64,000 nucleotides of DNA from an uncultured Candidatus Saccharibacteria bacterium (GCA_965231045.1 OZ246406.1:514208-578207), one strand, 5' to 3'. Positions 22,799 through 32,877 are shown, counted from the first letter of the stretch. The notes: a model not told the origin generated them from the letters alone. Numbers and translations: made by a program.

Positions 22799-25258
22799 TT
22801 ACTTTGTATTTTTTTGTATTACTGTTTTTCGGACTAATCCTAATGAACCAGCCAGCAATAGAAGTATTGCCAGCAAATAGAGTGGCTTTGTATCCTCACC
22901 GGTCGATGCCAAAGTAGAGCTACTCGTCCCAGAAGAAGTAGACGCGTTAGCAGTAGCTAGGCCAATTGGGTCAACTATTGTTCCGTTGGCAACCCCATCC
23001 TGATCTAAAGATCCCCCGTCCGTAATTGAGTAGGTTAGCTGTAGAGCGTGGTGACCGCTAGCTGATGTTTCTGTAAGCGTGTAACTTGGTATGGTGCTAT
23101 AGCCATGTGTAGTGCTGTTATATTTTCGTGGAGTAACCTGTGATGGCGTAAGATCAGTTACAAAAGTTAAGGATACTTGGTTAGTGGAACCATTGCTAAC
23201 TGAAAAACAGAAATTCACAACACCTAGGGGATAGCTGTAATTAGAGTCTTGGCTGGATAGGCTAGATGCCGACACAGAGTTTGCACAAGTTATATCAGTG
23301 CTATTTGGCACTGATAGAGTGACATTAGCTGGACTGCCTGTAACTGGAGCATTGTTGAAAGTATAGCTAGTTGTAGAAGGATAGGTGAATTTCTGGATCC
23401 TAGAGTTATTACTTTCATTTGTATATAACTGCCCAAACCTATCAATATGCACCCCATTTACAAAAAAGAATTGCCCATTTGCTCGGCCAAAAGAGCCCCA
23501 TTTAGTTATGAAATTACCACTGGAGTCGAATTTTTGAATACGGTTATTAGAGGAGTCAGCCACATATAGATTATTCAATACATCCATGGAAATACCACCG
23601 GCTCCATTAAATTGTCCGTCGCCAGATCCAAAAGAGCCCCATTTAGTTATGAAATTACCACTGGAGTCGAATTTTTGGATACGGTTATTGTCTGATACAT
23701 ATACGTTATTGTAGGAATCTATAGCCAACCCACCAATGGTTGAAAATTGGCCGTCGCCAGATCCAAAAGAGCCCCACTTAGTTATGAAATTACCACTAGA
23801 GTCGAATTTTTGGATACGATAGTTATAGTAATCAACAATGTAAATATTATTGCTAGAATCAGAAGCAACATAAGATGGTAAATTAAACTGGCCGTCGCCC
23901 GCACCAGCTGTTCCCCACTTAGTTATGAAATTACCGTTACTGTCGAATTTTTGGATACGGTTATTATTAGTTTCATTAACATAGATGTAATCGTTCGAGT
24001 CAACTGTGACACTATTTGGATAATCAAATTGGCCGTCGCCCGCACCAGTTGTTCCCCAATGCATAAGATGAACACCATTTTTGTCGAATTTTTGGATACG
24101 GTTATTATTACTATCTGGAGCATAAATATTGCCTAGTGAATCAGTCCCCAGTTCTGCGATACCACTTATCGAGTCTTCAGGCAAGGTAATAGTATTAAAC
24201 TGCGACTGGTAAGTTCCGGATGTGTTAAATTTTTGAACTCGCGAATTGCTTGGCGGCGCTTGATCAGCGACATATACATTATTAGAGCTATCAATAGCAA
24301 CACCAACTGCATAGGTAAATTGTCCGTTGCCTGTTCCGTATGAACCCCATTGTGACGTGTATACGCCACTATTGGTAAATTTCTGGATTCTTTTATTACC
24401 ACTTGAGCCAGAGTTACCGGTATCAGACACATACACATTATTTGAGCTGTCCAAAGCAATACCCGTAGGGTTAGTAAATTGTCCGTTACCAGTGCCTGAC
24501 GAGCCCCATTTAGTAATGTAGTTACCACTTGAGTCGAATTTTTGTACACGCTTATTTCCCTTCTCAGCAACATATATATTACCGGATGAATCGAAGGCAA
24601 TTCCCTGTGGATTATTAAACTGGCCATTGCCAGATCCAAAAGTTCCCCATTTAGTTATGAAATTACCACTGGAGTCGAATTTTTGGATACGGTTAGACGA
24701 ATCTGAAATATAAACATTCCCGCTAGAATCAACAGCAAGCCCTCTTGGGGTATTGAGTTGACCATCTGAAAAGCCATACGAACTCCACTCACCTAGAAAA
24801 GTGCCGGAATTTGAAAATACGCTTACTGGCGACTGAACATCATAGGCGTTACACCCATCAGCAATGTACACATTCCCGTTTGATTGATTGACAGCAATTG
24901 GAAATAGTGACGGAGGATTTCCTCCACAGGTAACATAGAAAAACCATTCCTTTACATATGCGCCACTTGAGTTATATTTAACAACTCGATTATTAGAGTA
25001 GTCCAAAACAAATACATTCCCACTGGCATCTGTAGCAATGCCTTGTGCAGTGCTTAGTGTCGATGGAATTGCCGCAAAACTCCCGGTAAAACTCCCGACT
25101 GTATTGGAGTAGCTTGGTACATCAGTTGACCCAGGAATTGAGGCATAAGCGTTTCTTATTGGAATCAAAGATAGAAGTAGAATAAATCCAAAACTAGCTA
25201 AACTGAAAAGCCAAGGTCTAAAATAACTAATCTTTTTGTTTCCCAAAACCTTATACAC
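22799..25258 (-). CDS. Large NHL-repeat (beta-propeller) surface protein with a LASTG cell-wall sorting signal
   Basis: 819 aa with a signal peptide and about 18-20 repeats of the ..NRIQKFDSSGNFITKWGS.G.G.GQF..P.G.A.DS.GN.YV.D.. type. The C-terminus is TLASTGEDTKPLYLLAILLLLAGSLGLVRKTVIQKNTK. Confidence 0.85.
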   Translation of the reverse strand: MYKVLGNKKISYFRPWLFSLASFGFILLLSLIPIRNAYASIPGSTDVPSYSNTVGSFTGSFAAIPSTLSTAQGIATDASGNVFVLDYSNNRVVKYNSSGAYVKEWFFYVTCGGNPPSLFPIAVNQSNGNVYIADGCNAYDVQSPVSVFSNSGTFLGEWSSYGFSDGQLNTPRGLAVDSSGNVYISDSSNRIQKFDSSGNFITKWGTFGSGNGQFNNPQGIAFDSSGNIYVAEKGNKRVQKFDSSGNYITKWGSSGTGNGQFTNPTGIALDSSNNVYVSDTGNSGSSGNKRIQKFTNSGVYTSQWGSYGTGNGQFTYAVGVAIDSSNNVYVADQAPPSNSRVQKFNTSGTYQSQFNTITLPEDSISGIAELGTDSLGNIYAPDSNNNRIQKFDKNGVHLMHWGTTGAGDGQFDYPNSVTVDSNDYIYVNETNNNRIQKFDSNGNFITKWGTAGAGDGQFNLPSYVASDSSNNIYIVDYYNYRIQKFDSSGNFITKWGSFGSGDGQFSTIGGLAIDSYNNVYVSDNNRIQKFDSSGNFITKWGSFGSGDGQFNGAGGISMDVLNNLYVADSSNNRIQKFDSSGNFITKWGSFGRANGQFFFVNGVHIDRFGQLYTNESNNSRIQKFTYPSTTSYTFNNAPVTGSPANVTLSVPNSTDITCANSVSASSLSSQDSNYSYPLGVVNFCFSVSNGSTNQVSLTFVTDLTPSQVTPRKYNSTTHGYSTIPSYTLTETSASGHHALQLTYSITDGGSLDQDGVANGTIVDPIGLATANASTSSGTSSSTLASTGEDTKPLYLLAILLLLAGSLGLVRKTVIQKNTK
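23487..24710 (-). repeat. Near-identical in-frame DNA repeats inside the NHL gene (periods 135-141 bp)
   Basis: The 62-nt stretch 23487-23548 recurs at 23628-23689 with one mismatch. Related copies begin near 23763, 23898 and 24638. Confidence 0.8.
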
Positions 25259-25310
25259 TTCTTGATTTACCCCTCTTACCTACATTTTAGCATAAGAAGT
25301 ACGGTGTAGA

Positions 25311-26825
25311 TTATTTAGCAAATTCGATAGCTCTGGTCTCGCGAATTACGTTAACTTTTATAGTTCCAGGATACTGCATGGTTGACTCAATCTTGTTTGC
25401 AATATCACGAGCAATTTTAATAGCTGTGAGATCATCAACTTGGTGTGGTCGAACAAATACACGAACCTCTCGACCAGCACTAATGGCATATGATTTCTCA
25501 ATACCTTCAAAACTATTTGCAACGTTTTCAAGATCTTTCATTCGTTCCATATAGTTTTCGGCACTTATGTTCCTGGCACCTGGGCGTGATGCACTCATGG
25601 CATCAACAACTCGTACGATCAAAGCTTCAACAGTAGTAGCTTCAACATCATCGTGATGCTGTTCAGCGGCTAACGCTACCTCTTCTGGTGCACCATACTT
25701 ACGAAGAACTTCGCCACTAATATGGTGGTGCTTACCTTCCATCTTGTGTGTTAAAGCCTTACCTAGATCATGAACCAGGGCGGCATACTTAGTTGTCTTA
25801 ACATCAGCGCCGACTTCTTCAGCAATCATACCGGCAATATGCGCCATCTCCGTACTATGCTTCAAAACGTTTTGGCCATAGCTGGTTCGGAAACGAAGCT
25901 CACCGAGTAGTTGTAAAATCTCTTTTGGAATACCAATAATTCCAGCTTCTCGAGCAGCATCTTCACCTGCCCTAACAACATCTTTTTGGACATTCTTTTG
26001 AGCCTTTTCGACAACTTCCTCAATTCGTCCTGGATGAACACGTCCATCTTTTAATAGCATCTCAAGGGCTTGTCGGGCAACCTCGCGACGGACAGGGTCA
26101 AAACTGCTAAGCACAATGTATCCCGGTGTATCATCAACCAAAATATCAACACCAGTTGCTTTTTGGAGAGCCTGAATATTTCGGCCTTCTTTACCGATAA
26201 TTCGGCCTTTCATTTCTTCGTCTTCAAGCTTGATACTGGTAATAGTTCGCTCGGCAGTTACTTCACTAGCCATACGCTCCATGGCGCTTGTGATAATAAG
26301 TGCAGCTTGCTCCTCGGCGTTTTCCTTGGCTTCGTTTTGAAGCTTTGCAACAAGTCCAGTCAAATCACCACGTATGTCTCGCTCAGTCATTTGCATAAGC
26401 TTATCAACGGCGTCGCCTTTGCTTAGCTTAGCAATTTTCTCTAGTTTCTCTTGTTGTTTTGTTCGTATCGCGCGAATCTCGTCTTTCAGACCTTCAACCT
26501 CATCCTCTGACTTGCGTAGAGCTTCGGCTCGTTTATCGAGTTGGTCTAATTTTTTATCAAGTGTTTCTTCGCGATCAAGCAGACGTTGCTCAATTGTCTT
26601 TAGCTCCTTGCGACGTGTTTGTTCATCTCTTCGTGCCTCTTCGGCTAACTGAGCTGCTTCTTCACGAGCCTTAGCAAGTTGTTTTTCGGCCTCTTTTTTT
26701 GCTTTATCAAGTTCTTTTTGAGCGTTAGCCTCGCTATTGCCTAGCTTCTTTTTTGTTACTGCGGTGCTAGCACCAAAACCTACAGCAATACCCAGCACAG
26801 CCAGCACTATGGTTATTGGATCCAT
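25311..26825 (-). CDS. rny: Ribonuclease Y
   Basis: N-terminal TM helix, long K/E-rich coiled coil, KH domain (IGKEGRNIQAL) and HD domain (HSTEMAHIAGMIA..VHDLGK). Confidence 0.93.
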   Translation of the reverse strand: MDPITIVLAVLGIAVGFGASTAVTKKKLGNSEANAQKELDKAKKEAEKQLAKAREEAAQLAEEARRDEQTRRKELKTIEQRLLDREETLDKKLDQLDKRAEALRKSEDEVEGLKDEIRAIRTKQQEKLEKIAKLSKGDAVDKLMQMTERDIRGDLTGLVAKLQNEAKENAEEQAALIITSAMERMASEVTAERTITSIKLEDEEMKGRIIGKEGRNIQALQKATGVDILVDDTPGYIVLSSFDPVRREVARQALEMLLKDGRVHPGRIEEVVEKAQKNVQKDVVRAGEDAAREAGIIGIPKEILQLLGELRFRTSYGQNVLKHSTEMAHIAGMIAEEVGADVKTTKYAALVHDLGKALTHKMEGKHHHISGEVLRKYGAPEEVALAAEQHHDDVEATTVEALIVRVVDAMSASRPGARNISAENYMERMKDLENVANSFEGIEKSYAISAGREVRVFVRPHQVDDLTAIKIARDIANKIESTMQYPGTIKVNVIRETRAIEFAK

Positions 26826-26994
26826 GATGTTTTCCTCTCTTTGCTGAAGTAGATTCTACTTGGCGATCACTATCACTTCATTAGCCAATTGATCACTCCA
26901 GAAGTTCAAATAAATTAAGTTTGGATTCACTCCCAAATCGACGAAAATCCTAACTTAATAATAGTCGAGATTTTACAAATCCACAATGCAAATA

Positions 26995-27387
26995 TTATCG
27001 TTTTTGCTTGGTTATGTGAGCTTCCTGCCCATATTCTGGCAAAACAATTTTGTCATCTCCGTGATCAAGTAATCGATTGATACCGTCTTGAATCCAGTCA
27101 GCACCATTGCTGCCAACAATTGGTATTTCTAAAGTAGTTGATACTGTATTAGCCACTGTCAGCCCAATTCTAAGACCGGTAAAGCTACCGGGACCTCGAT
27201 AGCAAACTATGCCATTTATGTCTTGCCAAGATTTTTCTTTTTCCTTTAGCAATGCTTCAATTTTGGAATGTATAGTTGTTGAAAGCTGTCGGTGACCTTC
27301 CCACTTGGTGTAGGCCAATTGGGTTTGACCATCGTACAAACCAATTTCAGCTTCGGGCTTGTCTGTCCGAATTATCAGAACTATCAT
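26995..27387 (-). CDS. tsaB: tRNA t6A biosynthesis protein TsaB, short form (N-terminal domain only)
   Basis: 130 aa with GPGSFTGLRIGLTVANT. Only about half the usual TsaB length. Confidence 0.7.
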   Translation of the reverse strand: MIVLIIRTDKPEAEIGLYDGQTQLAYTKWEGHRQLSTTIHSKIEALLKEKEKSWQDINGIVCYRGPGSFTGLRIGLTVANTVSTTLEIPIVGSNGADWIQDGINRLLDHGDDKIVLPEYGQEAHITKQKR

Positions 27388-27420
27388 GCAGCTATTGTAG
27401 CAGTTATAAATCTTTGGTTT

Positions 27421-27900
27421 TTAATTAGTGATACCTTGGCTTACGTAATTTAGTGCTTCTGGCCTTGAAAAAGTTATGGCTCGATCATCCTCTGAAATGG
27501 TCTTTATACTAATTGTCACCTTTTGTTCAGGAAGTACATGGGTCACAACATCAGACCACTCAACTATTACCACATCTTTAGGATCTTCTAGCTTTTCTTT
27601 TAGCTCATGCTCAATAAGCCCAGCTTCCGGTAAACGATAAAAATCAAAATGATGAATATCAAAATCTTTTGTCTTATATATATTACTTATAGTGTAGGTC
27701 GGACTAGAAACATGATCACCGCTTCCAGCACCCTTAACCAATCCCCGGACAAAAGTAGTTTTGCCGCCGCCTAAATCACTAACAAGTTCAATTACTTCAC
27801 CGCCCTTAAGATGAGCTCCCAGTTGTTGGCCGATCTTTTCGGTTTCTTCTGAACTTTTGGATATGATTTGCAATGTCTGATCTGTACTCATATGCTGCAT
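27421..27900 (-). CDS. tsaE: tRNA t6A biosynthesis ATPase TsaE
   Basis: GDLGGGKTTFVRGL P-loop, SPTYTI, and the HFDFYRL motif. Confidence 0.85.
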   Translation of the reverse strand: MQHMSTDQTLQIISKSSEETEKIGQQLGAHLKGGEVIELVSDLGGGKTTFVRGLVKGAGSGDHVSSPTYTISNIYKTKDFDIHHFDFYRLPEAGLIEHELKEKLEDPKDVVIVEWSDVVTHVLPEQKVTISIKTISEDDRAITFSRPEALNYVSQGITN

Positions 27901-29218
27901 ATCCTAACGCAAGAGTAGCCACTCCAGCAAGCAGTAATGGGCTGGTGTGTAATTTTTTATTCTCATTTGTTGCCACACTGCCACCAACATCCGATCTTTT
28001 TGATTTTGGGGTAGATTTAGGTTTGGTCGTCTTGGCACTAGCCACTTTTGTAGTACTAACTTTAGCTGTCTTTGGTTTTGTTGGTGATCTTTTAGGACTT
28101 TTACTTACAGGTGTAGCCATTGCAGACAAAGTGGTGATATTTGGCGCTCCAGGAGTTGGCGTTAAACTCCATATCCATGTATTGCCATTATATATCCACG
28201 CTTTGTCATCATCAGCTTGATCATATAAGTCTGTTTCGCTTATTACTTCCCCGCCTGGGTTAAGTATCCTGGCCTTGCCGCCAGAATTCGCAAGAACTAG
28301 ATTAGTATCTTTAGAGTAAAAAGCAACGTATGCTTGAGGTGCAATTGTCTGTGTGGCAAAAGTGTAATGATAGCTAAAGTCGTTACCAGTTTCTAATCTA
28401 TACCCTTCAAGCTGTACTTCAATATTGTTTGGATTATAAACTTCTATAAACTCATCATCAGAGTCCGTTTTAGGAGAACCTGGATTTGGTAACAACTCGG
28501 TTATTTGAACAGCAAGGTAACTTGGTGGCTGGCTTATGTCTTCATCTCCGCCTGTTGGCAATGGATCCTCTACTGGTATTGGCTTTGGATCGCTTGGTAA
28601 TTCAGGCAGCGTAACATCAGGAGGGGTTATTGGCTCGTTTGTTGACTCAGGTGTAGGACTTATCGATACTTCAAAATCATCAAAATTATTCCCGGTATCA
28701 ACGTACGTGCCATCGCTTAATATTTTGCGCGCTAAACTTTCACCACCATTTGGTGCTGGAGAGGCAAGCCCATTTGGCTTAGTGGCAGTTCCCCACCCTA
28801 CTAAATCGTGAACAATTGTCTGGTTAGATTGATCTTCTACAAGCCTTATATGTCCACCAGTCTTAGCAAGAGTAGCCGCATATGAACTGCTCGCCTGAGA
28901 TGACAAATATCCTGTGCTGGCAAGAAGGTATCTGCCCCCGGGGTAAAGAGTGCCGCTAAGTGCAATGTTACGGCTTGGGGTTGAAAAGTTAGTCGTACCT
29001 GCTGAAAAGTACTCAACGCGATAACTAGCAAGATTAAGCGTTAGGGAGCTTTGATTATAAAGTTCGATGAATTCTTCGCTTGCTGAGTTTGTGCTGCCAG
29101 TTTGAATTTCGCAAATCAAGAGTCCGCGCTGATTTTGTTCGGCACGGACTTGAATAACTGGGGTAAAAATAATAGTGAGCACTCCTACGAGCACCCACAC
29201 CAACTTTTTCATGGCCAA
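27806..29218 (-). CDS. Secreted, membrane-tethered protein with two lamin-tail-domain (LTD) modules
   Basis: Signal peptide, two LTD-like starts (LLICEIQTGS..EFIELYN and ITELLPNPGS..DEFIEVYNP), P/T/K-rich linkers and a C-terminal TM helix. The 3' end overlaps the annotated tsaE start by about 95 nt. Confidence 0.7.
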   Translation of the reverse strand: MAMKKLVWVLVGVLTIIFTPVIQVRAEQNQRGLLICEIQTGSTNSASEEFIELYNQSSLTLNLASYRVEYFSAGTTNFSTPSRNIALSGTLYPGGRYLLASTGYLSSQASSSYAATLAKTGGHIRLVEDQSNQTIVHDLVGWGTATKPNGLASPAPNGGESLARKILSDGTYVDTGNNFDDFEVSISPTPESTNEPITPPDVTLPELPSDPKPIPVEDPLPTGGDEDISQPPSYLAVQITELLPNPGSPKTDSDDEFIEVYNPNNIEVQLEGYRLETGNDFSYHYTFATQTIAPQAYVAFYSKDTNLVLANSGGKARILNPGGEVISETDLYDQADDDKAWIYNGNTWIWSLTPTPGAPNITTLSAMATPVSKSPKRSPTKPKTAKVSTTKVASAKTTKPKSTPKSKRSDVGGSVATNENKKLHTSPLLLAGVATLALGYAAYEYRSDIANHIQKFRRNRKDRPTTGSSS

Positions 29219-29328
29219 AATTGTATACCCAAAATTTGGGGTTGCAAGGGTTTTTTATACATCAATTTTTGCATCAGTGGTATAGTGTATCGTACCTAAA
29301 TACCTTCTCTGAATTTGTTATAATATAA

Positions 29329-29859
29329 GTGATTATGCTAACTCTTGGGCAAGCATTACTAAATAAGAAAGTTTTAAGCCTACGCAATAGTGCACCGATT
29401 GGGCTTATTATGGGCGTGCTAATTGATCCTAATAGTCTTAAGATCGAAGGTTGGTTTGCAAAAGATAGTTTTAATAAAGATACTAGAGTACTTCTTTCTA
29501 AGGAGATCCGCGATATCATCCCGCAGGGCTTTGTAGTAGATGATGATAATGCCTTGAGCATCCCTCATGACCTTGTTCGGCTTCAGCCAATTCTTCAGTT
29601 AAACTTCACCTTGATTGATAAACCAGTACTAACCGAAGATAAGCATCGCCTGGGTAAAGTAACCGATTTTGCCTTTGATCGAGATAGCTACTTTATACAA
29701 AAGATTTACGCCAGCCAATCTGTTCTCAAAAGTTTTAGTGGTGCCACACTCCCGATCGATCGTACACAAATTGTTGAAGTAACAAACCGAAAAATTGTCG
29801 TAAAGGATGCGACCGTACCTGATCGATCACCCGTACCAGTGGCGCAGTTGGCTAATTAG
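29329..29859 (+). CDS. PRC-barrel-like domain protein (two copies), unknown function
   Basis: 176 aa. The weak pattern ..KVLSLRNSAPIGLIMGVLIDPNSLKIEGWF.. repeats later in the protein (..DKHRLGKVTDFAFDRDSYFIQKIY..). Confidence 0.45.
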   Translation: MIMLTLGQALLNKKVLSLRNSAPIGLIMGVLIDPNSLKIEGWFAKDSFNKDTRVLLSKEIRDIIPQGFVVDDDNALSIPHDLVRLQPILQLNFTLIDKPVLTEDKHRLGKVTDFAFDRDSYFIQKIYASQSVLKSFSGATLPIDRTQIVEVTNRKIVVKDATVPDRSPVPVAQLAN

Positions 29860-30454
29860 TTTCTTTAACTACTGATTTGACATCATCGTAGTTAAAGCCT
29901 TGCCGCATCAAATACTGCATGAGCTTTGTGTCGTCTTGATAGCGTGATTGTTGCCGCTTTTTGATAACTAAATCCCTAAGTACTTGCTGCTCATCTGTTT
30001 GATCATCAGCTAGCACCTCAGAAATTACTTCTTGATTAACTCGTTTTTGGCGGAGTTCCATAATGAGTTTACGTTTACTTGTAGATTTCAATAAACGCCG
30101 ATTATTTACCCAGGCTTCCGCAAACTTCTTATCATCTACATAACCTGCTCGGCTAAGTTTTTCTAGGATTTTTTCGATGACATCGGGTTCGTAGTCTTTA
30201 CGTTTCAAATAATCACGGACTTCCCACTCACTTCTTTGACGCCGCATAATTAAGTCCAAGCTCCGCATATAAGCTTTGTCTTCTATGGAAGTTTTTTTGA
30301 GCTTTTCTAATTCGCCATCATTAAATTCCTGGCCCACCCGCAGGCCTAGATCAAGCAGTTCATTTTCGGAGAAACTAAATACATATTTGCCATCAACATA
30401 AATCGAGTAGCGATCCTGCCGCTTAACTTGTTGCTTGATGTCAGTAATTTTCAT
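29852..30454 (-). CDS. recX: Recombination regulator RecX
   Basis: 200 aa of helical repeats with the typical RecX pattern (RYSIYVDG.., ..AL..L..R..SE.E....L). It lies downstream of recA. Confidence 0.8.
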   Translation of the reverse strand: MKITDIKQQVKRQDRYSIYVDGKYVFSFSENELLDLGLRVGQEFNDGELEKLKKTSIEDKAYMRSLDLIMRRQRSEWEVRDYLKRKDYEPDVIEKILEKLSRAGYVDDKKFAEAWVNNRRLLKSTSKRKLIMELRQKRVNQEVISEVLADDQTDEQQVLRDLVIKKRQQSRYQDDTKLMQYLMRQGFNYDDVKSVVKETN

Positions 30455-30969
30455 ACAAAATTGCAGTCAATAAGAACTTTTCTAAGGCTTGGGGTCATTA
30501 ATTCAGGTTGCTTTTCAATCATTTCTACAATTTCAGCTTTTGTAAACCATCTTAGTTCAGTGACTTCTTCGTCTTGTTTTTTAAGTTTTATATTCCTATC
30601 TAGTTTTACGACATATACTTTATTAAAACGTTTTAACTGGTAGCCCTTATATTCATCAATAGTTTGGTAGTACTTAATCTCTTCTAGCTTAACGCCTGTT
30701 ACACCCGCTTCTTCGGCAAGTTCTCGTGTGGCAGATTCGTCATAATTTTCGCCTTCATCAACATGCCCGGCCGCTGAGTGGTCCCAATGATTTGGGTAGA
30801 TTTTCATTTTGGATGAGCGCAGCTGAAGTAACACTGAGCCGTCGTCTGCTTGAGCCATAACCCTAACAATTCTGTGCCATTTACCATTTTTCCAAGCTTC
30901 TTCCATTGCGGCACCGCCGATTGGATTATCGTTTTCATCAACTATTTGAATCTTAGGATAACCACTCAA
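30451..30969 (-). CDS. NUDIX hydrolase
   Basis: Nudix box GHVDEGENYDESATRELAEEAGV. Confidence 0.85.
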   Translation of the reverse strand: MSGYPKIQIVDENDNPIGGAAMEEAWKNGKWHRIVRVMAQADDGSVLLQLRSSKMKIYPNHWDHSAAGHVDEGENYDESATRELAEEAGVTGVKLEEIKYYQTIDEYKGYQLKRFNKVYVVKLDRNIKLKKQDEEVTELRWFTKAEIVEMIEKQPELMTPSLRKVLIDCNFV

Positions 30970-30971
30970 AA

Positions 30972-32015
30972 CTATTCCTTAGCAGCGTTTGCTCGAACTT
31001 GCTTAGAGATTTCTTCTAGGACTTTCGGATTTTCCTCTAGATACCTTTTGGCAGCTTCACGGCCCTGAGCAATCTTTTCGTCTTTGTAGGCAAACCAAGC
31101 ACCAGATTTTTCAACAATTCCTTGCTCGGTGGCGAGGTCTAATACATCACCCGATTTACTAATACCTTGGTTATACATAATATCGAATTCGGCCACTCGA
31201 AACGGTGGAGCAATTTTGTTCTTAACAACTTTTACGCGGGTTCGGTTACCGATAATCTCCTCGCCTTGCTTGATTTGCGATATTCGGCGAATGTCCATAC
31301 GAACTGATGCGTAGAATTTCAAAGCGTTTCCACCAGTGGTTGTTTCTGGGTTACCAAACATCACACCAATCTTCATACGAATCTGATTAATAAAGATCAC
31401 TGTGGCATTTGAACGACTAATCACACCCGTAAGTTTTCGCAGCGCTTGACTCATAAGACGAGCTTGTAAGCCCATGTGGCTATCGCCCATATCACCTTCT
31501 ATTTCAGCTCGTGGTACTAATGCCGCAACGGAGTCAACAACAATAAGATCAACCGCATTGGAACGAACCAATGTTTCAGTGATTTCAAGTGCTTGCTCAC
31601 CATTGTCTGGTTGGCTTAAAAGAAGATTTTCGACATTTACACCAATTCGTTTGGCATAGGCTGGATCAAGAGCATGCTCAGCATCGATGAATGCTGCTGT
31701 GCCACCTTGTTTTTGGATCTCGGCAATCGCATGGAGTGTCAGCGTCGTTTTACCGCTAGATTCAGGACCATAAATCTCAATGACGCGACCCTTTGGGATA
31801 CCCCCACCAAGGGCAATATCTAACGACAGGCTACCCGTTGGTATGCACTCAACGTTGACCTTGTGGGCTTCGCCTAACTTCATAATTGAACCTTTACCAA
31901 ATTGTTTTTCAATCTGGTCTAAGGCTAATCCAAGGGCTTTTGATTTACCGCCTTGCTCCCCACTCGTGCCTTTGTCTGCAGCCTTTGATTGCGCCATAAC
32001 TCCTCCTATTGCCAC
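30972..32015 (-). CDS. recA: Recombinase RecA
   Basis: [10 protein letters not shown] Walker [10 protein letters not shown], and a full-length RecA pattern. Confidence 0.97.
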   Translation of the reverse strand: MAIGGVMAQSKAADKGTSGEQGGKSKALGLALDQIEKQFGKGSIMKLGEAHKVNVECIPTGSLSLDIALGGGIPKGRVIEIYGPESSGKTTLTLHAIAEIQKQGGTAAFIDAEHALDPAYAKRIGVNVENLLLSQPDNGEQALEITETLVRSNAVDLIVVDSVAALVPRAEIEGDMGDSHMGLQARLMSQALRKLTGVISRSNATVIFINQIRMKIGVMFGNPETTTGGNALKFYASVRMDIRRISQIKQGEEIIGNRTRVKVVKNKIAPPFRVAEFDIMYNQGISKSGDVLDLATEQGIVEKSGAWFAYKDEKIAQGREAAKRYLEENPKVLEEISKQVRANAAKE

Positions 32016-32168
32016 CCGATCCCTTATTTAGTGCTCTACAGTATATCAATATCTTGCTAAGTGTACAGTGAAATATGTAGTGAAATTTGCCTATCTATAT
32101 TCTAACAACTTATAGGTTGTGTTGCCAAAGATCTGTAACCGAGTAAACTATTTAATAGGAATACGCTT

Positions 32169-32738
32169 ATGATAAAAAATAAACAAGGCTTCACGATTGT
32201 CGAACTATGCGTTGTCATGGTTGTTATAGGTATTCTAGCGGCACTAACTTACAGTATTATCGTCCCTCACTACAGAGAAAAGACCTACTATACTCGCTCT
32301 GTAACTGAAATGAATGCTATGTCAAATGCAACTAAATTATACGTTGCAAAATATAATGATTACCCTGCTGATGTAAGTCGTGACGTGCCTGCTGGGATTA
32401 AGGAATTTGTTCAAGGGCAACAGGATGCCGATAATTGGCCGAGTGCGCCATGGCCCGGCAGTGTTTATGACTGGGACAACTGGCCGCCCGACAGTAATGG
32501 TCCAATCCAAACATATCAAATCAGTGTTCGTATGTGTAACCCTGGAGACAATGCAACATGCAAGAAAAACGCTCAAAAATATCTTAAAGATTATGTTCCA
32601 CAATCTACCTTGGATAATTGGGATAGCTACAGTGCTGTGTACTATTGTATATCTGGTTCATGCCGATCTCATCAGAGCAAGCCAATGACTTGGCCAGGCT
32701 ACTGTGTTAACTGTGGCGGCAAAAGTACAATTTATTAG
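32169..32738 (+). CDS. Type IV pilin-like protein (class III signal, G|FTIVE)
   Basis: The N-terminus MIKNKQGFTIVELCVVMVVIGILAAL has the prepilin cleavage motif and Glu5. Cysteines are present in the C-terminal part. Confidence 0.8.
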   Translation: MIKNKQGFTIVELCVVMVVIGILAALTYSIIVPHYREKTYYTRSVTEMNAMSNATKLYVAKYNDYPADVSRDVPAGIKEFVQGQQDADNWPSAPWPGSVYDWDNWPPDSNGPIQTYQISVRMCNPGDNATCKKNAQKYLKDYVPQSTLDNWDSYSAVYYCISGSCRSHQSKPMTWPGYCVNCGGKSTIY

Positions 32739-32877
32739 TATCTATCAAAAGTGGTTATGTCTATATTTTTTCTATATAATACATATATAAGCGTTTATGC
32801 ACGCGCATTAAACCAATGGGGAAAAATATATAAAGATGCAACAAAACAATGGTTGATATTAAAGGTAAACTAATCTG

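Noticed and set aside
22799-25258. Regularly spaced near-identical repeats that might resemble a CRISPR-like array.
   Set aside because: The repeats are in-frame (135-141 bp) parts of one long ORF encoding NHL blades. There is no short-repeat/unique-spacer structure, and no cas genes are present.
29852-29859. Convergent PRC-barrel and recX genes end within the palindrome CTAATTAG, so both terminate with AAT-TAG and overlap by 8 nt.
   Set aside because: A neat coincidence of tight packing. There is no evidence of function beyond compact gene arrangement.
32016-32168. Search for an SOS (LexA) box upstream of recA. Short direct repeats were noticed (AGTGAAAT twice, TACAGT twice).
   Set aside because: No GAAC-N4-GTTC or CTGT-N8-ACAG type palindrome is present, and the direct repeats are short enough to be chance in AT-rich DNA.
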